This document shows, one piece after another, positions 56,562-64,000 of a DNA stretch of 64,000 nt. This stretch comes from Candidatus Colwellbacteria bacterium (GTDB lineage: Bacteria; Patescibacteriota; Minisyncoccia; UBA6257; Colwellbacteraceae). Made by a program: the position numbers and the translations under genes. Position 1 is the stretch's first letter. Each line of letters starts with the position of its first letter. The notes under the pieces are model-generated. The model was not told the DNA's origin. It did no database searches and saw nothing but the letters and a program-made list of their open reading frames with translations. Where the stretch lies: assembly GCA_030700125.1 (NCBI GenBank), contig JAUYKE010000021.1, positions 2,492-66,491 of the forward strand, written 5' to 3'.

Positions 56562-58046
56562 ATGCCTGTTAAGAATCAAGAGAAAAATTTCCAGCATCGT
56601 CCCCCGGTAGTAGCTGTGGTGGGGCATGTTGATCACGGCAAAACCACTCTTTTGGACTACATTAGAAAAACCAATGTCGCTACCAAAGAGGTCGGCGGCA
56701 TTACTCAATCGACCGGTGCCTATGAGATAGAACACTCTTCGACAAGCTCAGGGCAAGCTCACAAAATTACCTTCATTGATACCCCGGGGCATGAGGCATT
56801 TTCCCTGATGCGGGCTCGGGGTGCTGCCGCCGCCGACTTGGCTATCTTAGTGGTAGCGGCTGATGAAGGGATAAAGCCCCAAACAACGGAAGCGATCGGA
56901 ATTTTAAAAAGCACGGAAACACCGTTTATCGTTGCCATAACCAAGATTGATAAACCAAACGCCAACATTGATAAAGTTAAAAACGAACTTCAGAGCGCCG
57001 AGGTTTTACTCGAGGGCTACGGGGGTGATGTTAGCTGGCACGGTGTCTCCGGAGTTTCCGGCGAAGGGGTTAATGAACTTCTTGATTTAATTGTGCTTAC
57101 CGGTGAGGTTGCCGGTCTTACTTTTGATCCAGAAGCCAAGGCAAGAGGGTTCGTTATTGAATCGAGGAAAGAAAATCGACGGGGAATTATTGCTCACCTT
57201 GTTTTGAAGGACGGAGTGCTCAAGGCGGGAGAGAACATCGCTACTCCTAGCGCCTCGGGCAAAATAAAAATACTGGAAGATTTTCTTGGCCACCGAGCTA
57301 AGGAACTTTGGCCATCCGCTCCGGCACTCGTAGTCGGATTTGAAAAACTTCCTCGAGCCGGAGAGGAGTTTACGGTTGGCAAGACTAATACGCCTCAAGT
57401 TAAAATTACGCCGGCACCAAAAACTGCCGCCCCCAAGAGAGGCAAGCCTCTCAACTTTAGAGTAATTCTAAAAGCTGATACCACCGGCTCATTAGAAGCG
57501 ATGGAAGCACTACTCAAGAATTTAGTGGAGATTGGAGAAGCGTCGGTCGGTGAGATTTCAGACAGTGACGTGAATTTTGCCAAATCTACCAAGAGTGTGA
57601 TCGTCGGATTCAATGTTCTGCCCGGCAAGTCCGCTGCCCGACTAGCCGATGCCCAGCGAGTTAAGATTATTACTTCAAGCATTATCTACAAAGTGGCAGA
57701 TGCGGTCTCCGAAATGCTGAAAGCGGAGGAAGAAGAAAAAATCAAAGGGTCACTGGAGGTCATGGCTGTCTTTAGTATTGCCCGCGCGAGAAAAACAATC
57801 GGAGGCAAAGTGTCAGAGGGCGTACTTAGGGTCGGCAATAATGTTGAGATCGAGCGAAACACGGCCGCCCCTGATGGGGGCGAGCCTCGCCCAGAAGCTG
57901 GGCGGGAGGTAGTCGGAAAGGGTAAAATCACGAATCTTCAGCGTGACAAGGAAGATGCAAGAGAAGTGCCTCAAGGGAATGAGTGCGGACTTGTTGTTGA
58001 GACCCCCGTTAATATAGAAGTTGGAGACACCTTAAAAGTGGTTTAA
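56562..58046 (+). CDS. infB: translation initiation factor IF-2 (short form lacking long N-terminal region)
   Basis: G-domain VVAVVGHVDHGKTTLLD, DTPGHEAF, ITKIDK; beta-barrel domains; followed by rbfA. Confidence 0.85.
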   Translation: MPVKNQEKNFQHRPPVVAVVGHVDHGKTTLLDYIRKTNVATKEVGGITQSTGAYEIEHSSTSSGQAHKITFIDTPGHEAFSLMRARGAAAADLAILVVAADEGIKPQTTEAIGILKSTETPFIVAITKIDKPNANIDKVKNELQSAEVLLEGYGGDVSWHGVSGVSGEGVNELLDLIVLTGEVAGLTFDPEAKARGFVIESRKENRRGIIAHLVLKDGVLKAGENIATPSASGKIKILEDFLGHRAKELWPSAPALVVGFEKLPRAGEEFTVGKTNTPQVKITPAPKTAAPKRGKPLNFRVILKADTTGSLEAMEALLKNLVEIGEASVGEISDSDVNFAKSTKSVIVGFNVLPGKSAARLADAQRVKIITSSIIYKVADAVSEMLKAEEEEKIKGSLEVMAVFSIARARKTIGGKVSEGVLRVGNNVEIERNTAAPDGGEPRPEAGREVVGKGKITNLQRDKEDAREVPQGNECGLVVETPVNIEVGDTLKVV

Positions 58047-58387
58047 TGAAACCGTATCGCAGAGAACAATTATCCAGTTTAATCCAGAAAGAGTTAGGTG
58101 AGCTCGTTATAAGAAACATAGAATTTCCACCAGGATCCCTGGTCACGATAAGTGAAGTTGAGATATCGAGGGACTCCAAAAGAGCCGCAGTTTGGATAGG
58201 GGTTATCCCCGGAGAAATGAGCGATACGGTCTTAGGAATTTTAGAAAAAGCGAGAGGATCTCTTCAGTATGAATTAGGCGAGATGTTACGAGCGAGGATC
58301 GTCCCAAGAATAGAATTTGTGATTGATCGAGGTGCGGAGCACGCTGCCCTGATAGAGAAGATCTCGCTTGAGAAAGATAAAGAATAG
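58046..58387 (+). CDS. rbfA: ribosome-binding factor A
   Basis: 113 aa; RREQLSSLIQKELGELV… KH-like RbfA pattern; start overlaps infB stop. Confidence 0.8.
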   Translation: MKPYRREQLSSLIQKELGELVIRNIEFPPGSLVTISEVEISRDSKRAAVWIGVIPGEMSDTVLGILEKARGSLQYELGEMLRARIVPRIEFVIDRGAEHAALIEKISLEKDKE

Positions 58388-58411
58388 TTATAAGTTTTAG
58401 TTGTAAGTTTT

Positions 58412-58483
58412 GGCCTGGTAGCCAAGTGGTAAGGCAGGGGACTGCAAATCCCCTACACGCGGGTTCGATTCCCGCCCAGGCCT
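58412..58483 (+). tRNA. tRNA-Cys (anticodon GCA)
   Basis: GGGGA-CTGCAAA-TCCCC anticodon arm. Confidence 0.8.
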
Positions 58484-58550
58484 CCCTGGAACAATTGCTT
58501 TGCAATTGTTCGGGCGATCAAGCGCCTACGCTTGATTTAGCCGTTGATTT

Positions 58551-58631
58551 GCCTGGGTGGTGGAACGGTATACACGCATCACTTAAAATGATGTGCCGAA
58601 AGGCATGTGGGTTCGAGTCCCACCCCGGGCA
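58551..58631 (+). tRNA. tRNA-Leu (anticodon TAA), long variable arm
   Basis: CATCA-CTTAAAA-TGATG anticodon arm; spacer to tRNA-Cys contains two perfect hairpins. Confidence 0.8.
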
Positions 58632-58733
58632 CTGCTAAACAACTCAAGGAAATTTTCCCAGAATTTTCGCGCGATTATTTTTAATTAGCGGAGATGCTGG
58701 ATGCTCTTATATCACATATGATATACTTGCCGT

Positions 58734-60251
58734 ATGACGCATATTTCGGAATGGGCAAAAATTGGCAGTAAAATTACCGCACATCGTGAGCAGAAGGGTA
58801 TGACCCAAGCTGGGCTTGCCCGGCTTCTAAAAACGAGTCAAAGCGCCGTTGCCCGAATGGAGGCAGGCGAACAAAATTTCAGCACCGGGACGCTTTTAAA
58901 AATCGGCAAGATTCTTGATAAAGAGTTAATTACTCTTTCCGATGAAACAGTTAATTTTAAAGTTGAAGGCGGCCACAAGCTAAAAGGGGAGGTAAAAGTA
59001 AATACCTCAAAAAACGCCGCTGTCGCGCTGCTTTGCGCTTCGCTCCTCAACAAAAATAAAACCGTCTTAAAGCGAATGCCTCGAATTGAAGAAGTCTATC
59101 GAGTGATTGAAGTGCTCGTTAGCTTGGGTGTTTCGATTAGATGGCTTGGCAATGATGTTGAAATTATTCCGCCGAAGAAAATCAATCCGCGGCATATCAA
59201 TGTTGAAGCGGCAATGAAAACCCGGAGCGTGCTTCTTCTCTTGGGGCCGCTAATTCATTTATTGCCGGCCTTTAGAATTCCTCAACCGGGGGGGTGTAAG
59301 CTCGGCGGGAGAACTGTCCGACCCCATCTTCTTGCCCTGGAGAAACTGGGAATAAAGATTGATACCAAAGCGAATTATTACGAAGTCTTGCACAAGAGAC
59401 TTCGACCGGCGGAGATTGTGCTCTACGAATCGGGCGACACAACTACGGAAAATGTTTTAATGGCGGCCGCCAAGATAAAGGGTAAAACTGTAATCAAGTT
59501 TGCTTCGGCTAACTATATGGTCCAGGATCTTTGCGACTTCCTTACCCAATTGGGGGTAAAGATAGACGGGGTCGGGACAACTACCCTTACGGTCTATGGC
59601 ACTCCGGAAATAGACAAGCCGATTACTTACTACCCGAGCGAAGATCCGATTGAGGCGATGCTTTTCCTCTCAATCGCCGCCACCACCAACTCTTCAATAA
59701 CCATAAAGGGCTGTCCGATTGATTTTCTCGAGCTTGAACTCTTGAAGTTGGAAAAAATGGGCTTCAAATTCAAAATCTTGAGGCGCTATAAATCCGCCAA
59801 CAATTTCACTAACTTGGTAGATATCCGGACTCTCCCTTCGAAGCTCCATGCCCTGGAAGAGAAAATTTACGCCCGGCCTTTTCCGGGACTAAATATCGAT
59901 AATCTCCCTTTCTTCGTGCCGATTGCCACCCAAGCGGAAGGTCAAACTCTGATTCACGACTGGGTGTACGAAAATAGGGCCATCTATTATATGGAGCTAA
60001 ATAAGCTTGGGGCTGACATTATTCTGGCTGATCCGCACCGCATCTATGTTAATGGACCGACCAGACTAACCGGAGCTGAAATAATCTGCCCGCCGGCTCT
60101 CCGGGCAGCGGCTATTATTTTAACCGCCATGCTCGCCGCCTCCGGCACCTCGGTTTTGCGGAATGTTTATTCAATTAATCGCGGCTACGAGGATCTGGCT
60201 AACCGATTAGGTAAACTGGGAGCGCGGATTAAAACATTACGTAGTTTTTAA
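58734..60251 (+). CDS. murA: UDP-N-acetylglucosamine 1-carboxyvinyltransferase (MurA) with an N-terminal XRE-type helix-turn-helix domain fusion
   Basis: N-terminal ~65 aa GMTQAGLARLLKTSQSAVARMEAG HTH; then full MurA (KLKGEVKVNTSKNAAVALLCASLL…, active-site loop PQPGGCKLGGRTVRPH, C-term …RGYEDLANRLGKLGARI). Confidence 0.8.
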   Translation: MTHISEWAKIGSKITAHREQKGMTQAGLARLLKTSQSAVARMEAGEQNFSTGTLLKIGKILDKELITLSDETVNFKVEGGHKLKGEVKVNTSKNAAVALLCASLLNKNKTVLKRMPRIEEVYRVIEVLVSLGVSIRWLGNDVEIIPPKKINPRHINVEAAMKTRSVLLLLGPLIHLLPAFRIPQPGGCKLGGRTVRPHLLALEKLGIKIDTKANYYEVLHKRLRPAEIVLYESGDTTTENVLMAAAKIKGKTVIKFASANYMVQDLCDFLTQLGVKIDGVGTTTLTVYGTPEIDKPITYYPSEDPIEAMLFLSIAATTNSSITIKGCPIDFLELELLKLEKMGFKFKILRRYKSANNFTNLVDIRTLPSKLHALEEKIYARPFPGLNIDNLPFFVPIATQAEGQTLIHDWVYENRAIYYMELNKLGADIILADPHRIYVNGPTRLTGAEIICPPALRAAAIILTAMLAASGTSVLRNVYSINRGYEDLANRLGKLGARIKTLRSF

Positions 60252-61213
60252 TTTGAAGCGCACGTATTAAACGCAGCTATCTGGTTGTTATATCGACTAA
60301 TTATAGTTCTGGTTTCGCCTATAAGGTTGTTGTACTCCTTAACAAGTAAGTTGTAGGTTTCGACTTTAGTGTTGTAATCGGGATCCGTATCGGGGTCACT
60401 TGCCTCAATTTCCGACTTTAAAACGACCAGTTTGTCTCTCATGTCGGCTAGCTCAAGTTTATTCTCGTCAATCGAGCGGCTGAGGGCGGCATCCGGCCTG
60501 GGGCAATCGGAAACGGGCTTGCCAAAATGCTGGACTGCGAGCCAAGTTGATCGTCCTTCAAAAACGCATCTTGTTACCCCGACTCCGATTTCGGTGAAGC
60601 GGGAGTTTAGAATATTGGCTCGGTGGCCGGGACTATTCATCCAAGCTTCAACCACAACTTGGTCGCTGGTAAAAGAGCCAAGGGCCAAATTTTCCCCAAC
60701 TGAAAGATAGTCATAGCCAAAACTGTCAGCTAAATCCCCTGATCCAACCCCGCTTGGTGAAGTGTGGGCAAAGTATTGTTTCTCGCACATATCGTCAGCT
60801 TTCTTTCCAGCCATGGCATTTAAGATAACGTTTTCTTTAAGAAACCCTATGCTGTTTTCTTGTCTTTGAAGATTAGTTTGGAGGATAATGCCCGATTGGG
60901 TTAAGCCGGAGACAGGTCCCGGCTCCGGCGTTGGCTCTGGCGTCGGCGGCGGAGTGGTAACACGGAGAGGTGCGGGAGCAGAAACTTCTTTTTTGGGTTC
61001 TATCGGTTTTGCTCCGGGAGCTTTGGGTAAAGAAGGGAGCTCTTGTTGAATTAAACCTTTTCTATCGGCCTCCTGGTTACCCTGGGTTGCCTCTTTTTCT
61101 ACCCTCGCGTTTTGTCCATCTTCGAGGCTCCCTGATGGTGCTTTTTCCTTTTGGTAAATTAAAACGGCCCCTAGGAGGACAATGAAAATGGTAAATAAGA
61201 GTCGCAGTTTCAT
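60248..61213 (-). CDS. secreted CAP/SCP (PR-1-like, YkwD-type) domain protein with Pro-rich linker
   Basis: Signal-anchor, PPPTPEPTPEP linker, CAP motifs (…AHTSPSG…SPGHRANILN…). Confidence 0.65.
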   Translation of the reverse strand: MKLRLLFTIFIVLLGAVLIYQKEKAPSGSLEDGQNARVEKEATQGNQEADRKGLIQQELPSLPKAPGAKPIEPKKEVSAPAPLRVTTPPPTPEPTPEPGPVSGLTQSGIILQTNLQRQENSIGFLKENVILNAMAGKKADDMCEKQYFAHTSPSGVGSGDLADSFGYDYLSVGENLALGSFTSDQVVVEAWMNSPGHRANILNSRFTEIGVGVTRCVFEGRSTWLAVQHFGKPVSDCPRPDAALSRSIDENKLELADMRDKLVVLKSEIEASDPDTDPDYNTKVETYNLLVKEYNNLIGETRTIISRYNNQIAAFNTCASN

Positions 61214-61229
61214 GGCTGGTATTTTAATA

Positions 61230-61790
61230 CTATGACTTAATACTTATCGCAAGCTTAAGTGTCTTTTCTATTAGTTTTTTAAGAGTTTCCAGGGTCTTAG
61301 CCTCCGTCAATGAACCGTCGGGCCTAAAAGCTTCTTCGGCTCTCGAGATAAGAACTTGGGGCTGGGGGAGAATTAAGACGTTGACTGAAGCCAGAATCTG
61401 GCGAAGCTGAAATTGACCTCGGAGGGTGCCAAACCTGCCGGTGGAAGCGCCAAAAACTACCGCAACTTTGCCGCTTAGCGAATTGCCTTCCCGCGAAGCC
61501 CAGTCGATCGCGTTTTTTAATGCACCGGAGACAGAATAGTTATATTCCGGTGAAGCAATTATTAAAACATCAGTGCCCTCAACGGTTTTTTTTAGTTTTT
61601 GGACAGATTCCGGCAGGCCTTGATCCTGAATATCTTTGTCATAAATCGGCAAATCAAGTTCTCGCAGGTCCAGCTCTGTAACCTCGGCGCCTAAATCAGC
61701 CGCAATACGCATGGCAATTTGGAGCGCTTTGCGATTGTAAGATTCGCTTCGCAGACTTCCGGAAATAGCTAAGACTTTTAAATTGTTCAC
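61230..61790 (-). CDS. NAD(P)H-dependent FMN reductase family protein
   Basis: KVLAISGSLRSESYNRKAL… flavodoxin-like FMN_red signature. Confidence 0.75.
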   Translation of the reverse strand: MNNLKVLAISGSLRSESYNRKALQIAMRIAADLGAEVTELDLRELDLPIYDKDIQDQGLPESVQKLKKTVEGTDVLIIASPEYNYSVSGALKNAIDWASREGNSLSGKVAVVFGASTGRFGTLRGQFQLRQILASVNVLILPQPQVLISRAEEAFRPDGSLTEAKTLETLKKLIEKTLKLAISIKS

Positions 61791-61907
61791 TGAAAGAGTC
61801 CTTTGACTATAAAATAAAGACCGACGAGCACCGCGAGAAAGATAAGAAGCGGCCCCAGCTGATCTACAATTTCCAAAATCATTTCTTTATTCTAGTATAC
61901 TCGAAGT

Positions 61908-62609
61908 ATGGCTAAAATTCTCTCGCCCCGACACGTTGCTATTATCCCTGACGGAAATCGGCGGTGGGCGAAGCGCCGCGGGTTTCCCAGCTGGAGGGGA
62001 CACTTCGAAGGCGCTAAGCGGATGGAAGAAATTGCCCGAGCGGCAGTTGATCTAGATATCAAATACTTCACCCTTTGGGGCGGATCTTATGACAACCTCA
62101 CTAAGCGGTCAAAAGGGGAAATTATTGTTTTAAACCGGGTCTACAAAGAGCTGGTGCGAAAACTGCTTAAGGATAAAACTATCCATGAAAATAAGGTAAG
62201 AGTGAGGTTTCTAGGTGAGTGGCCGAAGTTATTGGATAAAGGAGTGGTTGAAGCCATTAAGAGAGCCGAGAGAGAAACTGCCCGATACACAGGTTATGAA
62301 CACTCATATCTTATTGGATATAACGGGGATCGGGAGATGTTGGATGCCATGAATCGGCTTTTAAAAACCGGCCACGGGCGGGTCACCGCTCCACTATTAA
62401 AATCATATCTCTGGACTGCTGATCTGCCACCGGTTGACCTAGTAATAAGGACTGGCGGCGAGCCTCATCTTAGTAATGGCTTTATGATGTGGGATGCGAG
62501 AGATGCCCAGCTCTATTTTACCGATAAGTTTTGGCCTGACTTTACCAAGAAAGAGCTCATCCTCGCACTTGAAGATTATTCTCATCGGGAACGGAGGTTT
62601 GGCCGGTAG
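61908..62609 (+). CDS. uppS: undecaprenyl diphosphate synthase (cis-isoprenyl transferase)
   Basis: HVAIIPDGNRRWAKRRG… and C-terminal RFG motif. Confidence 0.9.
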   Translation: MAKILSPRHVAIIPDGNRRWAKRRGFPSWRGHFEGAKRMEEIARAAVDLDIKYFTLWGGSYDNLTKRSKGEIIVLNRVYKELVRKLLKDKTIHENKVRVRFLGEWPKLLDKGVVEAIKRAERETARYTGYEHSYLIGYNGDREMLDAMNRLLKTGHGRVTAPLLKSYLWTADLPPVDLVIRTGGEPHLSNGFMMWDARDAQLYFTDKFWPDFTKKELILALEDYSHRERRFGR

Positions 62610-62698
62610 AATTTCATGGGGAAATAGTGTGGAAATCATTCGGAAATTTCCGAATTAATTTCCGAATGAGGTTTTATGGGACGATCGGGTTCTTGGCG

Positions 62699-62870
62699 AC
62701 TAAAAACCCGATCGTCGCATAGATACTAGCTTTTTGGAAATCTTGTGAAACATTGACGAACCTTGTGAAACATCGTGAAAATTGCAAAACCCGATCGTGG
62801 CTTAAATACTAGAGATTTGACAATGTATTCTAAAAAGGGTGTTTTGTGAAACAATGCTTGACTGTTAAAC
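62699..62870. repeat. repeat-dense region: two copies of AAAACCCGATCGTnGCnTAnATACTAG (first within a 12-bp-stem hairpin) interleaved with at least three CTTGTGAAACA iterons plus degenerate TTAAACAATG copies
   Basis: Seen directly; a fourth CTTGTGAAACA copy in inverted orientation lies at ~63341-63351 on the other side of the LAGLIDADG-like ORF. Confidence 0.6.
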
Positions 62871-63329
62871 AATGAATTTTTTAAACAATCCGCCTCGGCA
62901 GAGCTCCTTCCTAAAATAGCCAGATTTGTGGAGACGGTAGAGAAGTTTATAGCTTTCGGGCACAAACGGATCAGTCTCTATCCTTTCTAGCCACTCACTA
63001 AATTGCTCTGCTCTGGCACCTATCAACCTGTCGTAAAATAAAGGGATAATTATATTTTTTAGTGATCCGAGCTCCCTAATTATTAAAATTGCGACCGGCC
63101 TTCTCTTTGCTTTATCTTTTCCGGGGTAGTGATAAATATAGATTTTATTTTTTAACTTGAGCTTATTTCTAATTGCCTTGAGTAGCTCTTCATCTTCGGC
63201 CGGCATTCTTAGCTGAAATGATGGAATTCTTCTTGGTTTCAAACTGCCAAGGTTACTGGAGGTTGTAAAAGTAAATGTCCCTGTGCCCTGGACTAGCCCC
63301 CGGATGTAGTCATAGCTGATGTTTGTCAT
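62865..63329 (-). CDS. LAGLIDADG-family homing-endonuclease-like protein (single-motif type; motif reads IRGLVQGTG, second acidic residue not conserved)
   Basis: 154 aa AT-rich; N-terminal LAGLIDADG-like helix followed by pattern consistent with the I-CreI-like fold. Confidence 0.5.
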   Translation of the reverse strand: MTNISYDYIRGLVQGTGTFTFTTSSNLGSLKPRRIPSFQLRMPAEDEELLKAIRNKLKLKNKIYIYHYPGKDKAKRRPVAILIIRELGSLKNIIIPLFYDRLIGARAEQFSEWLERIETDPFVPESYKLLYRLHKSGYFRKELCRGGLFKKFIV

Positions 63330-63492
63330 AGTTGTTTCACAAGCAACTCGATATGACGTTTACCTGGTAAACACTTTAATTATACCAAATTGTGGATAAA
63401 TTGTTAAGAATTAGGTAGTAGCCCGCCTAAGGTGGATCACTGCCCGGTGTAAACAAAATCAACCCATAAATGGGCTGATTGAAAACTGCGGG

Positions 63493-63522
63493 GCTGCGGG
63501 GCGCTCAAGGGCGCCCCGCAGC
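63493..63522 (-). terminator. GC hairpin (CTGCGGGGCGC-tcaag-GCGCCCCGCAG) downstream of minus-strand GC-rich ORF
   Basis: Seen directly. Confidence 0.5.
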
Positions 63523-63549
63523 AGCTCTTCTGGTCAAGGACGACTTTCC

Positions 63550-63861
63550 CTACCGTTGGCGAGGGTGGTGAAAGCCGATCTTGAACTGGGGAGGCAGATG
63601 GGGTAGGTGGGGGTGAGTCAGGTGGTCCAGAGCTTCTCGAACCCGGTGATGATGGCCGTGCGATGGGATATAGATGATGATCTTGTCACCGTACCCGTAG
63701 AAGGTATGGGTGGTGAGCTCGTGGTCACCCCGACCACGAGTTATCCCTTCCCAGACCACTTTCACGTTTTGTTTTCCTCTGTGGTCTGCATAGATCACCG
63801 CCAATTCTGCCGAAGTGGGCCTGCGGTCAGCGATAAAGTAGATTATCGTTTCCGGCGACAT
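63550..63861 (-). CDS. GC-rich hypothetical protein with His-rich C-terminus
   Basis: 103-aa ORF with downstream hairpin; an overlapping plus-strand ORF (63607-63978) is the alternative reading. Confidence 0.3.
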   Translation of the reverse strand: MSPETIIYFIADRRPTSAELAVIYADHRGKQNVKVVWEGITRGRGDHELTTHTFYGYGDKIIIYIPSHGHHHRVREALDHLTHPHLPHLPPQFKIGFHHPRQR

Positions 63862-64000
63862 ATCTCTTCCTCTCTTTTCTTTGTCTTAAGGGACGGTTCC
63901 GATCTAGTTGCAATCGGGTTGAAGCGCTATATACTGGCATGTTTCGGTCTCTTTGCGCAGATCTTGTGCCACTCGTAGCTCTGCACGGTCACAACCATAC

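Overview
This window is a gene-dense, mostly housekeeping segment of a small bacterial genome. Gene content (short IF-2, ECF sigma/anti-sigma/DUF5667-like trio, T4SS-pilin-like small proteins, many tRNAs, reduced metabolism) looks CPR/Patescibacteria-like, but this is inference from gene content only. I call about 55 protein-coding genes, including: valS (3' fragment), prsW-like protease, hsp20, ftsH, an S1-domain protein, gyrA, rpsO, pnp, nusA, ppa, clpP, tyrS, a thyA-folA-dcd-glyA-dgkA-folD block, an LCP protein, ftsK, a rodZ-like gene, recA, a cysteine desulfurase, clpB, rny, HU, infB, rbfA, an HTH-murA fusion and uppS. I also call 16 tRNA genes (four clusters plus two singletons) and one tRNA 3'-half fragment. 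I found no rRNA genes and no CRISPR arrays. Superimposed on the roughly 45-50 % GC backbone are several compositionally distinct GC-rich inserts (11.5-15.2 kb, 25.4-25.8 kb, 30.1-30.55 kb, 47.95-48.45 kb, 53.6-56.0 kb, 63.4-64.0 kb), often next to tRNAs or repeats. AT-rich orphan genes are also present: a LAGLIDADG-like ORF flanked by iteron-like repeats, and an ORF inside a tRNA operon. The most unusual observations are these. A conserved structured RNA motif with compensatory base changes occurs three times next to tRNA genes. An SF2 helicase is fused to six homing-endonuclease-associated repeats in a GC-rich island next to tRNA-Ser. Direct repeats of about 110 bp bracket a P-type ATPase plus CPBP-protease cassette. 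A solute-binding protein is co-operonic with three paralogous T4SS-pilin-like genes. A TCTAGAAAATAGAA-type repeat flanks genes of the thymidylate/folate cluster and forms inverted repeats around a GC-rich orphan ORF. All coordinates of RNA genes and motifs were derived by hand and may be off by a few nt.
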